Source: Octopus vulgaris (taxonomy: Eukaryota). Taken from it: DNA of 64,000 nt. The notes under the pieces were generated by a model. The model did no database searches. It was not told the origin of the DNA and saw only the letters and a list, made by a program, of their open reading frames with translations. Positions 51,815 to 64,000 of the stretch are shown here, one piece after another. Each line of letters opens with the position of its first letter. Position 1 is the stretch's first letter. The position numbers were made by a program, and so were the translations under genes. Location: positions 10,602,001-10,666,000 of the forward strand of contig OX597826.1 of assembly GCA_951406725.2 (NCBI GenBank). Reading direction: 5' to 3'.

Positions 51815-52707
51815 CACACCTACATACATATATATGACAGGCTTTGTTCAGTTTCTGTCTACCAAATCCAATCACAAGGCTTTGGTCAGCTCGAGGCTAT
51901 AGTTGAAGACTCTTGCCCAAGGTGCCACACAGTAGGACTGAACTCAGAACCATGTGGTTGGTAAGCAAGCTACTTACCACACAGCCACTCCTACGCCTAC
52001 CTTGTGGCAAAATTGAAAGCAATAATGTTCACTTTAGCTATCCAGTTCTTACATTTCTTCTACTACTACTACAGACACCATTGCTGCTGCTACCATGACC
52101 ATCACATCAGAAGTCATAATGGACCCTTCAGGTGAAAGGATAAGTTGTTGATATTTAATACATGCACAAACAAAGGCCAACCCAAATTTTCAAAGGGGAG
52201 AAACCTCATATCATCATCATCATCATCATCGTTTAACGTCCGTTCTCCATGCTAGCATGGGTTGGACGGTTCGACCGGGGATCTGGGAAGCCAGAAGGCT
52301 GCACCAGGCTCCAGTCTTATCTGACAATGTTTCTACAGCTGGATGCCCTTCCTAACGCCAACCACTCCGTGAGTGTAGTGGGTGCTTTTATGTGCCACCT
52401 GCACAGGTGCCAGGCGAGGCTGGCAACGGCCACGGTCGGATTGGTGCATTTTACGTGCCACTGTTTTATATTTGATTTTAACTATAAAAAATAAATAAAA
52501 TAAAGGGAACAACTTATTCAGGGGGCAAAGCTAAAATTGTAAAGGAAAAGAAATTTCAGAGCAAAATTTAACATGTTTCTGTATGAATGAAGAAAGGAAG
52601 AGAAGGAGGAAGGAAAGAAAGAAGGAAGACAGAAAGTAAAGAAAAGGAAATAGAAAGACATACAAAGGGAAAGAAAGAGAGAGAAAGAAAAAAAGAAAGA
52701 TACTTAC

Positions 52708-52844
52708 AAAATGATTTTCCTTATCACATCTATAGACTGTGTATCTCGTTACCCTCGTGTGGTTGTCTTTCGGACTTTCCCACTTGATCCACACAGTGGT
52801 AGAGTTGAGTACTATTGCTTCAATATTCCGAGGATAATCTGGAA
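52708..52844 (-). CDS. Cytokine receptor exon, FN3-c N-half: (V)PDYPRNIEAIVLNSTTVWIKWESPKDNHTRVTRYTVYRCDKENHF
   Basis: GTAAGT donor at 52707; phase 1 to 0; two in-frame acceptors are possible (exon start 52844 or 52838); W-x-x-P...Y FN3 pattern. Confidence 0.87.
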
Positions 52845-53032
52845 CTATTGCCGTAGGATTTTCAAAGTTAATTTACAGACAAAATTTAGCAAACAGAATA
52901 TCTCATAAAAGAGAAAAGGATTTCATGCAGAGATTTTAAATATTAGATTCAAGTCTCATACCGTTGCAAAATAGATTATAACTATACCTATTTTTAATAA
53001 TTCAATGGTTAGTTAATATGTATATGTGTTTG

Positions 53033-53063
<31 letters not shown>

Positions 53064-53113
53064 CACACACACACACACATATATATACATTATAAACATA
53101 CATACAGACATAC

Positions 53114-53178
<65 letters not shown>

Positions 53179-53538
53179 CGCAGGAGTGGCTGTGTGGTAA
53201 GTAGCTTGCTAACCAACCACATGGTTCCGGGTTCAATCCCACTGCGTGGCACCTTGGGCAAGTGTCTTCTACTATAGCCTTGGGCTGACCAAAGCCTTGT
53301 GAGTGGATTTGGTAGACGGAAACTGAAAGAAGCCCGTCGTATATATGTATAGGTGTGTGTGCGTGTATGCTTGCGTGTTTACGTCCCCGTCACTTAGCGG
53401 TTCGGCAAAAGAGACCGATAGAATAAGTACTGGGCTTACAAAGAATAAGTCCTGGGGTCGAGTTGCTCGATTAAAGGCGGTGCTCCAGCATGGCCGCAGT
53501 CAAATGACTGAAAAGAGTAATGAGTATATATATGTAAT

Positions 53539-53569
<31 letters not shown>

Positions 53570-53735
53570 CATTATAAACATACATACATACATACATATA
53601 TATATATATGTGTGTGTGTGTGTGCACATATACTTATATACATGCAGGATTGTGATGGGAACGAAAACAACCCCTGTTCTTGTGAACCCGGTAATGGGTT
53701 GTTTGGAATTCACCATACATGAAGTGTCACTTTGA

Positions 53736-54032
53736 AAATACGGTTATTCATTCCACCAATACATAAGAGAAAGCTGGAAAAGATACCTGGATGACTGTTT
53801 TATCATTTGAAAGGAGACCACTGACAAACTTTTGGACTACAAATCAACACTAAATGATACAAATACTAACATTCAATTCACAATGGAATATAACAAAGAA
53901 CAGATCTCATTCTTGGATATCATGATAAAAAATGTCAAGAACCAAATTGTAACTGACATCTATCATAAACCAATGGACTCGAAACAATATCTCCTCTTTA
54001 GCTCATGCCACCCGAAACACATCACAACTTAA
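53736..54032 (+). mobile_element. Penelope-like element reverse transcriptase fragment
   Basis: WKRYLDDCFII*...NIQFTMEYNKEQISFLDIMI...TDIYHKPMDSKQYLLFSSCHPKH; RYxDD, FT-E, FLD, YxKP and S-x-HP are PLE RT/thumb motifs. Confidence 0.88.
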
Positions 54033-54049
54033 AAGGGTATATAATCAAT

Positions 54050-54350
54050 ATCACCGTGATCACCGTGACCGACCAGGCTATCAGATGCTGGTCACAATGC
54101 GTTTCGCATTGTTTTAGCCTTCAAATGACGCCACCCCGCTGGCTAAGCGAGCAGGCCAACAGAAGAAAGAGTGAGAGTAAGTTGTGGCAAAAGAGTACAA
54201 CAGGGATCGCCACCACCCCCTGCCGGAGCCGCGTGGAGCTTTAGGTGTTTTCGCTCAATAAACACTCACAATGCCCGGTCTGGGAATCGAAACTGCGATC
54301 CTACAACCGCGAGTCCGCTGCCCTAACCACTGGGCCATTGCGCCTCCACA
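54050..54350 (-). mobile_element. SINE family C, young copy
   Basis: Head gtggaggcgcaatggcccagtggttagggcagcggactcgcgg on minus; CpG-rich. Confidence 0.85.
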
Positions 54351-54397
54351 TATTCAATATAGCAAGATTAAAAGAAAATAGAAATATACAATTGACA

Positions 54398-54758
54398 TAT
54401 TCTAAATTTAATTTATTAACATTATAATATAATTTTACTATAATATAATGAAATAAAATAAGAATGCAAAAACAAATATTAGTCCTACAAAGTGTTTTGA
54501 TTCACATTCGATAATGAATTTATAAAAAATTCATGTTTCTGGGTATGAATCTTATCAGGGTAATATTTGGAAGAAAAAAAAAAATTATATGTAAGGATTG
54601 CTAAATCATAGAATAGACTGAATTCAGTTTTTATGAATTCATTATTGGGTATGAATCAAAACAACTAGTAGGACTAATATTTGTTTTTGTATTATATTTT
54701 ATTATATTATATTATAGTATAATTATATTACAATGTTAACAAATTTAATTTAAAATAT
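54398..54758. repeat. AT-rich inverted repeat, arms about 135 bp
   Basis: caaaaacaaatattagtcctac...gattcacattcgataatgaatttataaaaa pairs with tttttatgaattcattattgggtatgaatc...gtaggactaatatttgtttttg. Confidence 0.75.
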
Positions 54759-54854
54759 CCTCTCAAGGCTTTGATTAACCAGGGTCTATAGTGGAAGACA
54801 CTTGCCAAAAGTATCATGAAGTGGGACTGAATCTATAACCATGTCATTGGGTAT

Positions 54855-54903
<49 letters not shown>

Positions 54904-54905
54904 TC

Positions 54906-54949
<44 letters not shown>

Positions 54950-55022
54950 TGTGTGTGTGTGTGTGTATATATATATATACATATATCTGTGTGTGTATAT
55001 ATATATCATCATCATCATCATC

Positions 55023-55054
<32 letters not shown>

Positions 55055-56355
55055 CTGTATGTATAGGCGTACATACCTACACACACACATCACTCTAAGT
55101 CACTTGGGATATATTTCAACTTCTGAAGGCAACTATTCACTGCAATTTATTGCAGAGGAAAAATTCTCACAAAGATAAAAGGTAAATTCACAATTATCAG
55201 TGCAAATGCCCTCTGTGGGCAGGTTGATATGTATTTCTGGCTCTAATCAATTTTGTATCCATGGTAAACTGCAACATATTTGTACTAACCCAGAGTTAGT
55301 TTATTTTGCATTAGCATTACTGCTTACACATATGCTGTCCATATCTCTTACAAAGATTTTATAACTTGTTATATATAGAAATGTAACAGCTGGGATTTAC
55401 CATAACTACATATTATATAAACAATTAAAATATGTAAGTATAATACCTAGGATTTAACTTAACTACATACAAAACACACACACACATATATATTTACACA
55501 CATATACAGACAAATATGCACATACGCACACACACACAAATGCACACCTCTCAAGCTTCCATACAATTTGTCCATTAAATTTTACTCAAGAAACATTGCA
55601 TATTGTTCTCTTATCTATTTGAGCGAGGTCGTTGCCAGTGCCACTGGACTGGCCCCTGTGCAGGTGGCACATAAAAAACACCATTTGAGCGTGGCTGTTA
55701 CCAGTACTGCCTCACTGGCCCCTGTGCCGGTGGCACGTAAAAGCACTCACTACACTCTAAGAGTGGTTGGCGTTAGGAAGGGCATCCAGCTATAGAAACT
55801 CTGCCAGATCAAGATTGGAACCTGGTGCAGCCATCCAACCCATGCTAGCATGGAAAGCGGACGTTAAACGATTAAAAAAGCATTGTTCATCTTGAGGCTG
55901 TAGTAGAAAATCCATCCTTGCCCAAACAAACTGCCTTCCTTTCAGATCAAGCCCCAAATCTTGTGGTTGTGAAGCATACTTCTTAACCCTAAAGCCATCC
56001 CTGCATCTTCTCATAATACCCACACATACACTTATGCACTGGTCTCCGTGCCGGTGGCACGTAAAAGCACCATCCGTTCGTGGCTGTTTGCCAGCTCCAT
56101 CTGGCACCTGTGCGGGTGGCACGTAAAAAGCACCCACTACATTCACGGAGTGGTTGGCGTTAGGAAGGGCATCCAGCCGTAGAAACATTGCCAGATCAGA
56201 CTGGGCCTGATGCAGCCTTCTGGCTTCACAGACCCCAGTTGAACCGTCCAACCCATGCTAGCATGGAAAGCGGACGCTAAATGATGATGATGATGATGAT
56301 GATGATGTGACAATGCAAATGCACAATTTATAAAAATAGAAAATATGTTGCTAAC

Positions 56356-56560
56356 CTTTCGATTTATCACAAATGCGTATAGATGATGGTGGCTTCGAAT
56401 AACCAACAGAGTTCTTAGCCCATATTCTTATATTTTCACAACTGGTTTTGTTTAGTGATAATTCAAGTAACAAATTGTTTTGAAAAGCTGTTAGATTTGA
56501 ATTTTTATTTTGAATAAGATATTCAACATTTTCATCACCAAATTCTCTTCTCATTAAGTT
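56356..56560 (-). CDS. Cytokine receptor exon, FN3-b C-part: NLMRREFGDENVEYLIQ...IRIWAKNSVGYSKPPSSIRICDKSK
   Basis: Pyrimidine-rich ctccacAG acceptor, AAG|GTTAG donor; 205 nt, phase 0 to 1; A-x-N-x-x-G-x-S FN3 motif. Confidence 0.9.
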
Positions 56561-58380
56561 CTGTGGAGACAGAAGAAAATAAATCAAAATGAATTATTTG
56601 TTAAACACTCAAACATACACATAGAGACATATACTCCACCATAATACAAACAAAAGAGACCGATAGAATAAGTACTAGGCTTACAAAGAATAAGTCCTGG
56701 GGTCGATTTCCTCGACTAAAGGCGGTGCTCCAGCATGGCCACAGTCAAATGACTGAAACAAGTAAAAGAGTAAAGAGTAAATCACATGGTCTTACATCAT
56801 TATATCAACACTGTAGATAAGATAAGGCAGTCAGCTGATAAAATTGTGAGCATCCCAGGCCTGTGTTTATATTCTGAGTTTAAACATCGCTGGGAACAAA
56901 AACCAGTATTATATCTAAGTTAAGTACAAGGCCACAAATTTTGATAGAAGATATTCAATAAAGATCATCTCAACACTGCCCCAATTCTTACTTTGTATGT
57001 ATTTATCAGCCCTCAAAGGGATAAAATGCAGAGTTGACTTCAGTAGGATTTGAACTCAAAACCATATATTATGAAATATTTTGCCTATCATTCTGCTAAT
57101 TCTGCCTTGCAATCACCCTTCACAAGATAATATTGGTATTGTTCTTAATAATACCAAATGCATTTTAGTTTATTTAAGAACAGGATTATTGCTTTTCTAC
57201 ATCTTTATTTAACAGAGTTATACAACTCAATTGAAAGTGCAGATGATCTAATAGGAATTACGCAGTTTGTAATGTCACAAATATTGCATTGTGTCTATTA
57301 CTCTTGTTTCAGTCATTTGACTGTGGCCATGCTGGAGCACTGCCTTTTAGTCTTTGTAAGCCCAGTACTTATTCTATTGGTCTCTTTTGCCGAACCACTG
57401 AATTACAGGGACGTAAACACACCAGCATCAGCTGTGAAGTGATGTTGGGGGGTACAAGCACAGACACAAATATATATATATATACATATATATGACGGGC
57501 TTCTTTTAGTTTCCGTGTACCAAATCCACTCACAAGGCTTTGGTCGGCCCAAAGCTATAGTAGAAAACACTTGCCCAAGGTGCCATGCAGCGGGACTGAA
57601 CCAGGAACCATGTGGTTGATAAGCAAGCTACTTACCACACAGCCACTCCTGCAGCTGTTGATAATATATCTAAGTTAGAAATGGCCCAGTCCACACTAAA
57701 ATGAAAATTTGTACTATAGGATATAACAAACTCTCACTAAGAAAGAGCAGTAGCACTGTGAAAACTAACCAATTTATTGTTCAACACATTATCCTACCAT
57801 TGACCTAAAGAAGATACTCTGTAGCTCACCATTAGACCTATTTCTGATTATGGCATGTTTGTAGAAGCTAATATTGAACAATGCATGTGGTGATTAAGCT
57901 AAGTGAAGTGGGGATGAAAACCAAAGCATGTTGCATCCATTTTGTGGTTCAATTTCATTTTGCTACACAGTTTATATAATATAGTCAAAATCTAGTCTTA
58001 TGAATATATCAAAAGTAGCAAAAATTATAGTGTATGTAACCGAAGTCCCTTTATCTTTTAACATTCAGATTATCCTGTTAAATGTAATGCTTATAAATTC
58101 ACATTGTTTTGAATTAGCCATGCATTGCACCATAGCTTCAAGATTTTGATGATGAGGTAGTTTATTTCTAGAATGACATTGTAGGGTAGGTGTGAATGGC
58201 CAGATCCAGCTAATTTAAACACTAAAAGGTTAAATTTCACTGGAATTGTTGGTAACCCTGCACAACTCATTTTATTTGACAAAGAAAAAAAAATCTATTC
58301 AAATGCTTACATTTTTTTGTTTGTTTTCTTAGTTTAATCCCCTTCTTTCTATTGTTTCCAGTCATAATTCAGTCTGTATA

Positions 58381-58784
58381 TACGATGAGGTACGCAAAAG
58401 TAACTGGAAACATTCTCTGTGAGACAAGCCTGTTGTAGTTCAGGCTTCTGCCACTAGAGGTCACTTGATGCAACCCTTAGGCATCAGTCTGCCGAATGGT
58501 GACACCAACTGAGGTTGTACTGCCACACGGTGCATCTTTGTTTTGCAGTGCTTCTCCCCTGTTCATTGATTTTTGCATTAGCTGATATGAAGGAACAGCG
58601 TGCTTCAGTGATATTCTGTTTTCTACTGGGGCAAACAGCAGCCAAGACAGTTGTCATGCTTCAAACAGCTTACAAGGATGCTGCCATGAATGACACACAA
58701 GTTTATGAGTGGTTTTCATGCTTTAGAAATGGTTACTTGTCGCTTGAAAACCAACCTTGTTCAGGGCAACTGTTAACCTCCTGA
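58381..58784 (+). mobile_element. Mariner 5' fragment (transposase N-terminal HTH)
   Basis: MKEQRASVIFCFLLGQTAAKTVVMLQTAYKDAAMNDTQVYEWFSCFRNGYLSLENQPCSGQ matches the EQR..IKFC..LGK...AYG..A....VYEW..RF..G...ED..RSGRP pattern. Confidence 0.85.
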
Positions 58785-58785
58785 A

Positions 58786-59516
58786 CAGCCTTAAACACGA
58801 CCTGCAGACCATGGTTTCTGGGTTATTTCCCTCCATCGGCACAGCATAATCATTAGCTAGAGATGGCAACACTAGACCTTGCTCGAGGTATATACTTTTA
58901 AAGTGCCACACAGTCATTGATCTCATAAAGAGGAAAACAATTAGTTTTAAATCTGAGTGAGAAATAAGGCTGAGTGGGGACATTAACTCTATTGTCTGAG
59001 GTATAAGGACACAGTTGTGCATCGGTAGCCAGCAGGAAAAGAGGTTTTCCTGGGGTTAAAAAAGGTAGTAATATCGTCCTAATCAGGACTGCCACTTTAC
59101 GTTAGCAAATAGATTTTACTCTGTAGTACTGTTACTACTTACTTCTCAGTCAGAGATTTAAAACTGTTTTCCTCTTTAAGAGATCAGTGGCTGTGAGTCA
59201 CTTTAAAAGTATGTACCTCAAGCAAGGCCTAGTGTTACCACCTCCAGCCAATGGTTATCTTGTGCTGATGAAGAGTAATAACCCAGAAACCATAGTTAGC
59301 AGGTACTGTTTAAGGCTGAGTGGGAACACTAGCTCCTTTGTTTGAGGCATAAGGATGCAGGTGTGCATCAGTAGTCAACTGGAAAAGATGTTTTCCTGGG
59401 GGTAAAAGACACAGTAACATCGTCCTAATCAGGACTGCCACTTTATGTGGGATGATGGATTTTACTTTGTGGTACAGTTACTACTTACTTATTGCTCAGA
59501 GATTTAAAACTAATTG
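58786..59516. repeat. 346-nt-period repeat arranged A(inverted)-B-A-B, with a hammerhead motif in A
   Basis: B starts at 58967 and 59313; 58786-58968 is the reverse complement of about 59138-59318; hammerhead-like cores at 59261-59301(+) and 58803-58843(-). Confidence 0.75.
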
Positions 59517-59831
59517 TTAAAAGCACCAACCGATCGTGGCCGATGCCAGACACCCCTGGCACCTGTGCAGGTGGCACGTAAAAAGCACCCACTACACTCG
59601 CGGAGTGGTTGGCGTTAGGAAGGGCATCCAGCTGTAGAAACACTGCCAGATCAGACTGGAGCCTGGTGCGGCCCCTGACTTCCCAGACCCCGGTCGAACC
59701 GTCCAACCCGTGCTAGCGTGGAAAACGGACGTTAAACGATGATGATGATGATGATGTTCCCCCCCTTCTCTCTCTGTCTATATATATATATTAACATTCA
59801 TACATGCATACATATATACATATAGGTTTAC

Positions 59832-59914
59832 CTTCCAGAATACTGTGACAGAATTAACATCTGAAATATCTCTTTTGAAACTGCCATTTGTAATTCTTGG
59901 TGAGTGTACAGGAA
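59832..59914 (-). CDS. Cytokine receptor exon, FN3-b N-part: (V)PVHSPRITNGSFKRDISDVNSVTVFWK
   Basis: tttgcAG acceptor, AAG|GTAAAC donor; 83 nt, phase 1 to 0; ends in VTVFWK as in gp130-type D4 domains. Confidence 0.85.
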
Positions 59915-60003
59915 CTGCAAAGAAGACAACATTAAGGCAAAATAATTAAAAATGTTAAATAATGACTCATAATGGACTTATTTTACACATTTCCCCCTCT
60001 AAT

Positions 60004-60265
<262 letters not shown>

Positions 60266-62131
60266 TTCTTTCATTATATTTGTCCCCAAAACCTATTCAT
60301 ACATATAATGAAAGGTATACAGAGGTATATTATTTGAAATTAATCATCATAATCATAGTTATATGTCTGACTTCCCATGCTGGCAAGAGTTGGACAGGTT
60401 TTCTGAGGCAGCGTCTTACAGCTAGATGCCCTTTCTGTTGTCAGCCCTTTTAGAAGATTCATGTAACATGCAGGGATGCAGTGTACTTGTTTTAAAATTG
60501 GAATACACACAATAACAAAGGTGGACACTATGTATTGAGACATTAATCCCTCTCTCTCTCTTTCGGAGAGGCACAAGCACTTACACGCACATATACACAC
60601 ACAGCAGTAACTTCCGCCTACCGAATTCAATCACAAAGCTTTGGTCGGCTCGGGGCTATAGCAGAAGACATCTACCCAAAGTGCCATGCAGTGGGACTGA
60701 ACCCGAAACCATATAGCTAGGAAGCAAGCTCCCTAACCACACAGCCATGCCCTTAAAATTTGAAATGACAAAAGATACTTAAAATTAATAAATAAAAGGC
60801 ACAGGAGTGGCTGTGTGGTAAGTAGCTTGCTAACCAACCACACGGTTCCGGGTTCAGTCCCACTGCATGGCATCTTGGGCAAGTGTCTTCTGCTATAGCC
60901 CCGGGCCGACCAATGCCTTGTGAGTGGATTTGGTAGATGGAAACTGAAAGAAGCCTGTCGTATATATGTATATATATATACATCTGTGTGTATGTGTTTG
61001 TGTGTCTGTGTTTGTCCCCCAACATCGTTTGACAACCGATGCTGGTGTGTTTACGTCCCCGTCACCTAGCAGCTCGGCAAAAGAGACTGATAGAATAAGT
61101 ACCGGGCTTACAAAGAATAAGTCCCGGGGTCGATTTGCTCGACTAAAGGCAGTGCTCCAGCATGGCCACAGTCAAATGACTGAAACAAGTAAAAGAGTAA
61201 AGAGTAAAAGCAAAGCTATAATTAAAGCAAAATACAACCTCTTAGGTCTAAAATTAATGACTGGTCCTTTTCTCAGGGCCAGGAGACACTTCAACCTCCA
61301 ACGATTATTGGTACTCTACAAAGTACAGGTCATTTCAATTGTGTCATTTCGCACTCTTTGCAGCCAATTGATGTTGAGTTTTTTTCCTTAAGCTATATAC
61401 ATAGCACTTGTGTCGGTGGTACGTGAAAAAAACCTTTGAGCGAGGTTGTTGCCAGTACTGCCTGACTGGCCCCCGTGTTGGTGGCATGTAAAAGCACCCA
61501 CTACACTCTCGGAGTGGTTGGCGTTAGGAAGGGCATCCAGCTGTAGAAACTCTGCCGGATCAAGACTAGAGCCTAGTGCAGCCATCTGTTTCGCCAGTCC
61601 TCAGTCAAATAGTCCAACTCATGCTAGCATGGAAAGTGGACGTTAAACGATGATGATATATATATATATATATACACACACATATATATATACATACATA
61701 CATACATGTACACATATAAATACACATACAATGAGCTCCTTTTAATTTCTGTCTACCAAATCCACTCACAAGGCTTTGATAGACACAAGGCTATAGTATA
61801 AGACATTTTCCCAAAGTGCCATGGAGTAAGATGGAACCCAGAACCGTGTGGTTGGGAAGCAAGCTTCTTACCACACAGCCATGCCTGCACCTATATATAT
61901 ATGTACACACACACACACACACATGATAGGGTTCTTTTAGTTTCCATCTACCAAATCTACTCACAAGGCCTTGGTTAGTGTAGGGCTTTAGTAGAAGACA
62001 TTTATCCAAAGTGTCTTGCAATGAGACTGAACCTGAAACCAGGTAATTGGTAGGCAAATCTCTTAACTATGCAGTCATGCTTCATAAATTTTTGCTTACA
62101 CCATTTATGATATTCAAATGATAATACTTAC

Positions 62132-62276
62132 CACTTTTATGGGAAATGAATGTTTCAACATAAGGTTCACTATATATACCATTTTGCTTGGGTAATGCAT
62201 AAATTTTAAGTTCATATTTCGTAAAAGGGTTGAGCTTACAAAAGTAAAACCGTCTTCCTTCGACTGAAAAATTCAA
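62132..62276 (-). CDS. Cytokine receptor exon, FN3-a C-half: LNFSVEGRRFYFCKLNPFTKYELKIYALPKQNGIYSEPYVETFISHKS
   Basis: tttcAG acceptor, GTAAGT donor; 145 nt, phase 0 to 1; L-x-P-x-T-x-Y FN3 signature and degenerate G-x-WSxWS site. Confidence 0.9.
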
Positions 62277-63030
62277 CTGAAAATATACACATAAAATAAT
62301 ATTTGACATTATCAGTACCAATTTAAGAGCAAAATGTCAAACAACCTCTATAGGACTCAGCTTTCTTTTCAATTTATATATAGACGCAGGAGTGGCTGTG
62401 TGATAAGTAGCTTGCTAACCAACCACATGGTTCCGAGTTCAGTCCCACTGCATGGCATCTTGGGCAAGTGTCTTCTGCTATAGCCTCGGGCCGACCAAAG
62501 CCTTGTGAGTGGATTTGGTAGACAGAAACTGAAAGAAGCCTGTCGTATATATGTATGAATATATATGTATGTGTATGTATATGTTTGTGTGTCTGTGTTT
62601 GTCCCTCTAGCATTGCTTGACAACCGATGCTGGTGTGTTTATGTCCCCGTCACTTAGCGATAGAATAAGTACTGGGCTTACAAAGAATAAGTCCTGGGGT
62701 CGATTTGCTCGACTAAAGGCGGTGCTCCAGCATGGCCGCAGTCAAATGACTGAAACAAGTAAAAGAGTATGTGTGTGCATGTGAGTGTGTAATGTATATA
62801 TACATTTGTGTGTTAATGTATATGTGTATGTATATATATATATATATATATATATAATTCAAAATATTCTACCTCAATTCATCTAATTGTATATAATTAT
62901 TGTTACTTTTCATAAAAAAGCCTTTAATTTTTTGATATCCAATGTGCATTTTTGCTTCTTACTTTCTCCATATCTCAATAATGAATGTCAATTAATTTAA
63001 GAATATTTAAATCATTATTTCTTAACAATG

Positions 63031-63067
<37 letters not shown>

Positions 63068-63129
63068 TGTGTACTGTTGGGGATTTTTTTTCCTCTGTCT
63101 TCCCTTCTCTGGATCTTTCCTTCTCCTAT

Positions 63130-63164
63130 GTTTCCGACGAAGAGCTCCGCTCGAAACGTTAAAC
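63130..63164 (+). ncRNA. Minimal hammerhead-like motif with variant core, in a Penelope-like terminal fragment (63065-63260)
   Basis: GTTT CCGACGA A GAGC tcc GCTC GAAA CGTT AAAC; stems I and II pair perfectly; core has C in place of U4. Confidence 0.55.
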
Positions 63165-63277
63165 CCTCCTTCCTTCTTTCCTGAGCGTCCAATAATACTA
63201 TATTAGTTCCACGTCCTCGCGTTGTTGTGTTTTTTTGTGCTTTCTTGTTTGGATTAACTTTATATATATATTATATA

Positions 63278-63310
<33 letters not shown>

Positions 63311-63603
63311 ACATATATGTGTGTGTGTTTATGTTTGTTCCCCAACATCGCTTGACAACTGATGGTGGTGTGTTTAAGTCCTCGTAACTTAGCGGTTCGG
63401 CAAAAGACACCAACAGAATAAGTACAAGGCTTACAAAGAATAAGTCCTGGGGTCGATTTGCTCGACTAAAGGCGGTGCCCCAGCATGGCCGCAGTCAAAT
63501 GACTGAAATAAGTAAAAGAGCAAGAGTTCCACAGGACTGTGATGATAAAATATGTTCAACAGGATTCTAATTACAAGAATTTGAAAACATTTTCAACACT
63601 TAC

Positions 63604-63734
63604 CAATTTTTTAGAGTTCACTTCTTTTAAGAAAATATGGAAGCGTAGCTTATAGACATAGCGATGCTTCCATTCCATACGCACACAGGTGTCATTAACA
63701 TTCAAGTGGACGTTCTTCACAGGTGACGGTTGGG
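63604..63734 (-). CDS. Cytokine receptor exon (first in window), FN3-a N-half: QPSPVKNVHLNVNDTCVRMEWKHRYVYKLRFHIFLKEVNSKKL
   Basis: Acceptor tttacAG at 63735-63736, donor GTAAGT at 63603; 131 nt, phase 1 to 0; P-x-P...W FN3 start. Not in the ORF track. Confidence 0.85.
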
Positions 63735-64000
63735 CTGTAAAATTACAGGTAAATATTGAATAAATTTTTTATAAAATTTATGTCAAAAAATTATTTTTCT
63801 TTTCGTTTTTTAGACATAGGCATGACTGAGCGGTTTCCCAGCCACATGGTTCTAGGTTCAGTCCCACTGCATGACACCCTGGGCTAGGGTCTTCTACTAT
63901 AGCTTTGGGCCAACCAAAGCCTTGTGAGTGGATTTGATAGGCAGAAACTGAATGAAGCCAGTCATTTGTGTGTGAATGTGTGTTTATGCCTGTGTTTGTC

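Noticed and set aside
58967-59045. Twister-like ribozyme in block B of the 346-nt repeat
   Set aside because: Could not build the required pseudoknots by eye.

Overview
AT-rich, repeat-dense eukaryotic genomic DNA; the SINE, RTE-LINE and microsatellite content looks cephalopod (octopus-like), which is an inference from repeat style. One real gene is visible: the 3' part of a minus-strand, multi-exon class I cytokine receptor (Domeless/gp130/LIFR-like). I reconstructed 12 phase-consistent GT-AG exons between 63734 and 23808 (1844 nt, about 613 aa) encoding four fibronectin type III domains, a transmembrane helix, a Box1-like segment and a Tyr-containing tail. The N-terminus lies beyond the right edge of the window. 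There is also a candidate 12-nt microexon and a candidate duplicated alternative FN3 exon. The rest is transposon-derived: several tRNA-SINE families, 5'-truncated RTE LINE copies (two with expanded 62/63-bp and 67-bp minisatellites that explain the longest ORFs), mariner and Tc1/maT remnants, MITE/foldback elements, Penelope-like fragments and several minimal hammerhead-ribozyme motifs, including a 346-nt-period, partly inverted, retrozyme-like repeat at 58786-59516. Nearly all ORFs in the supplied track are spurious. No gene could be supported in 1-23300.
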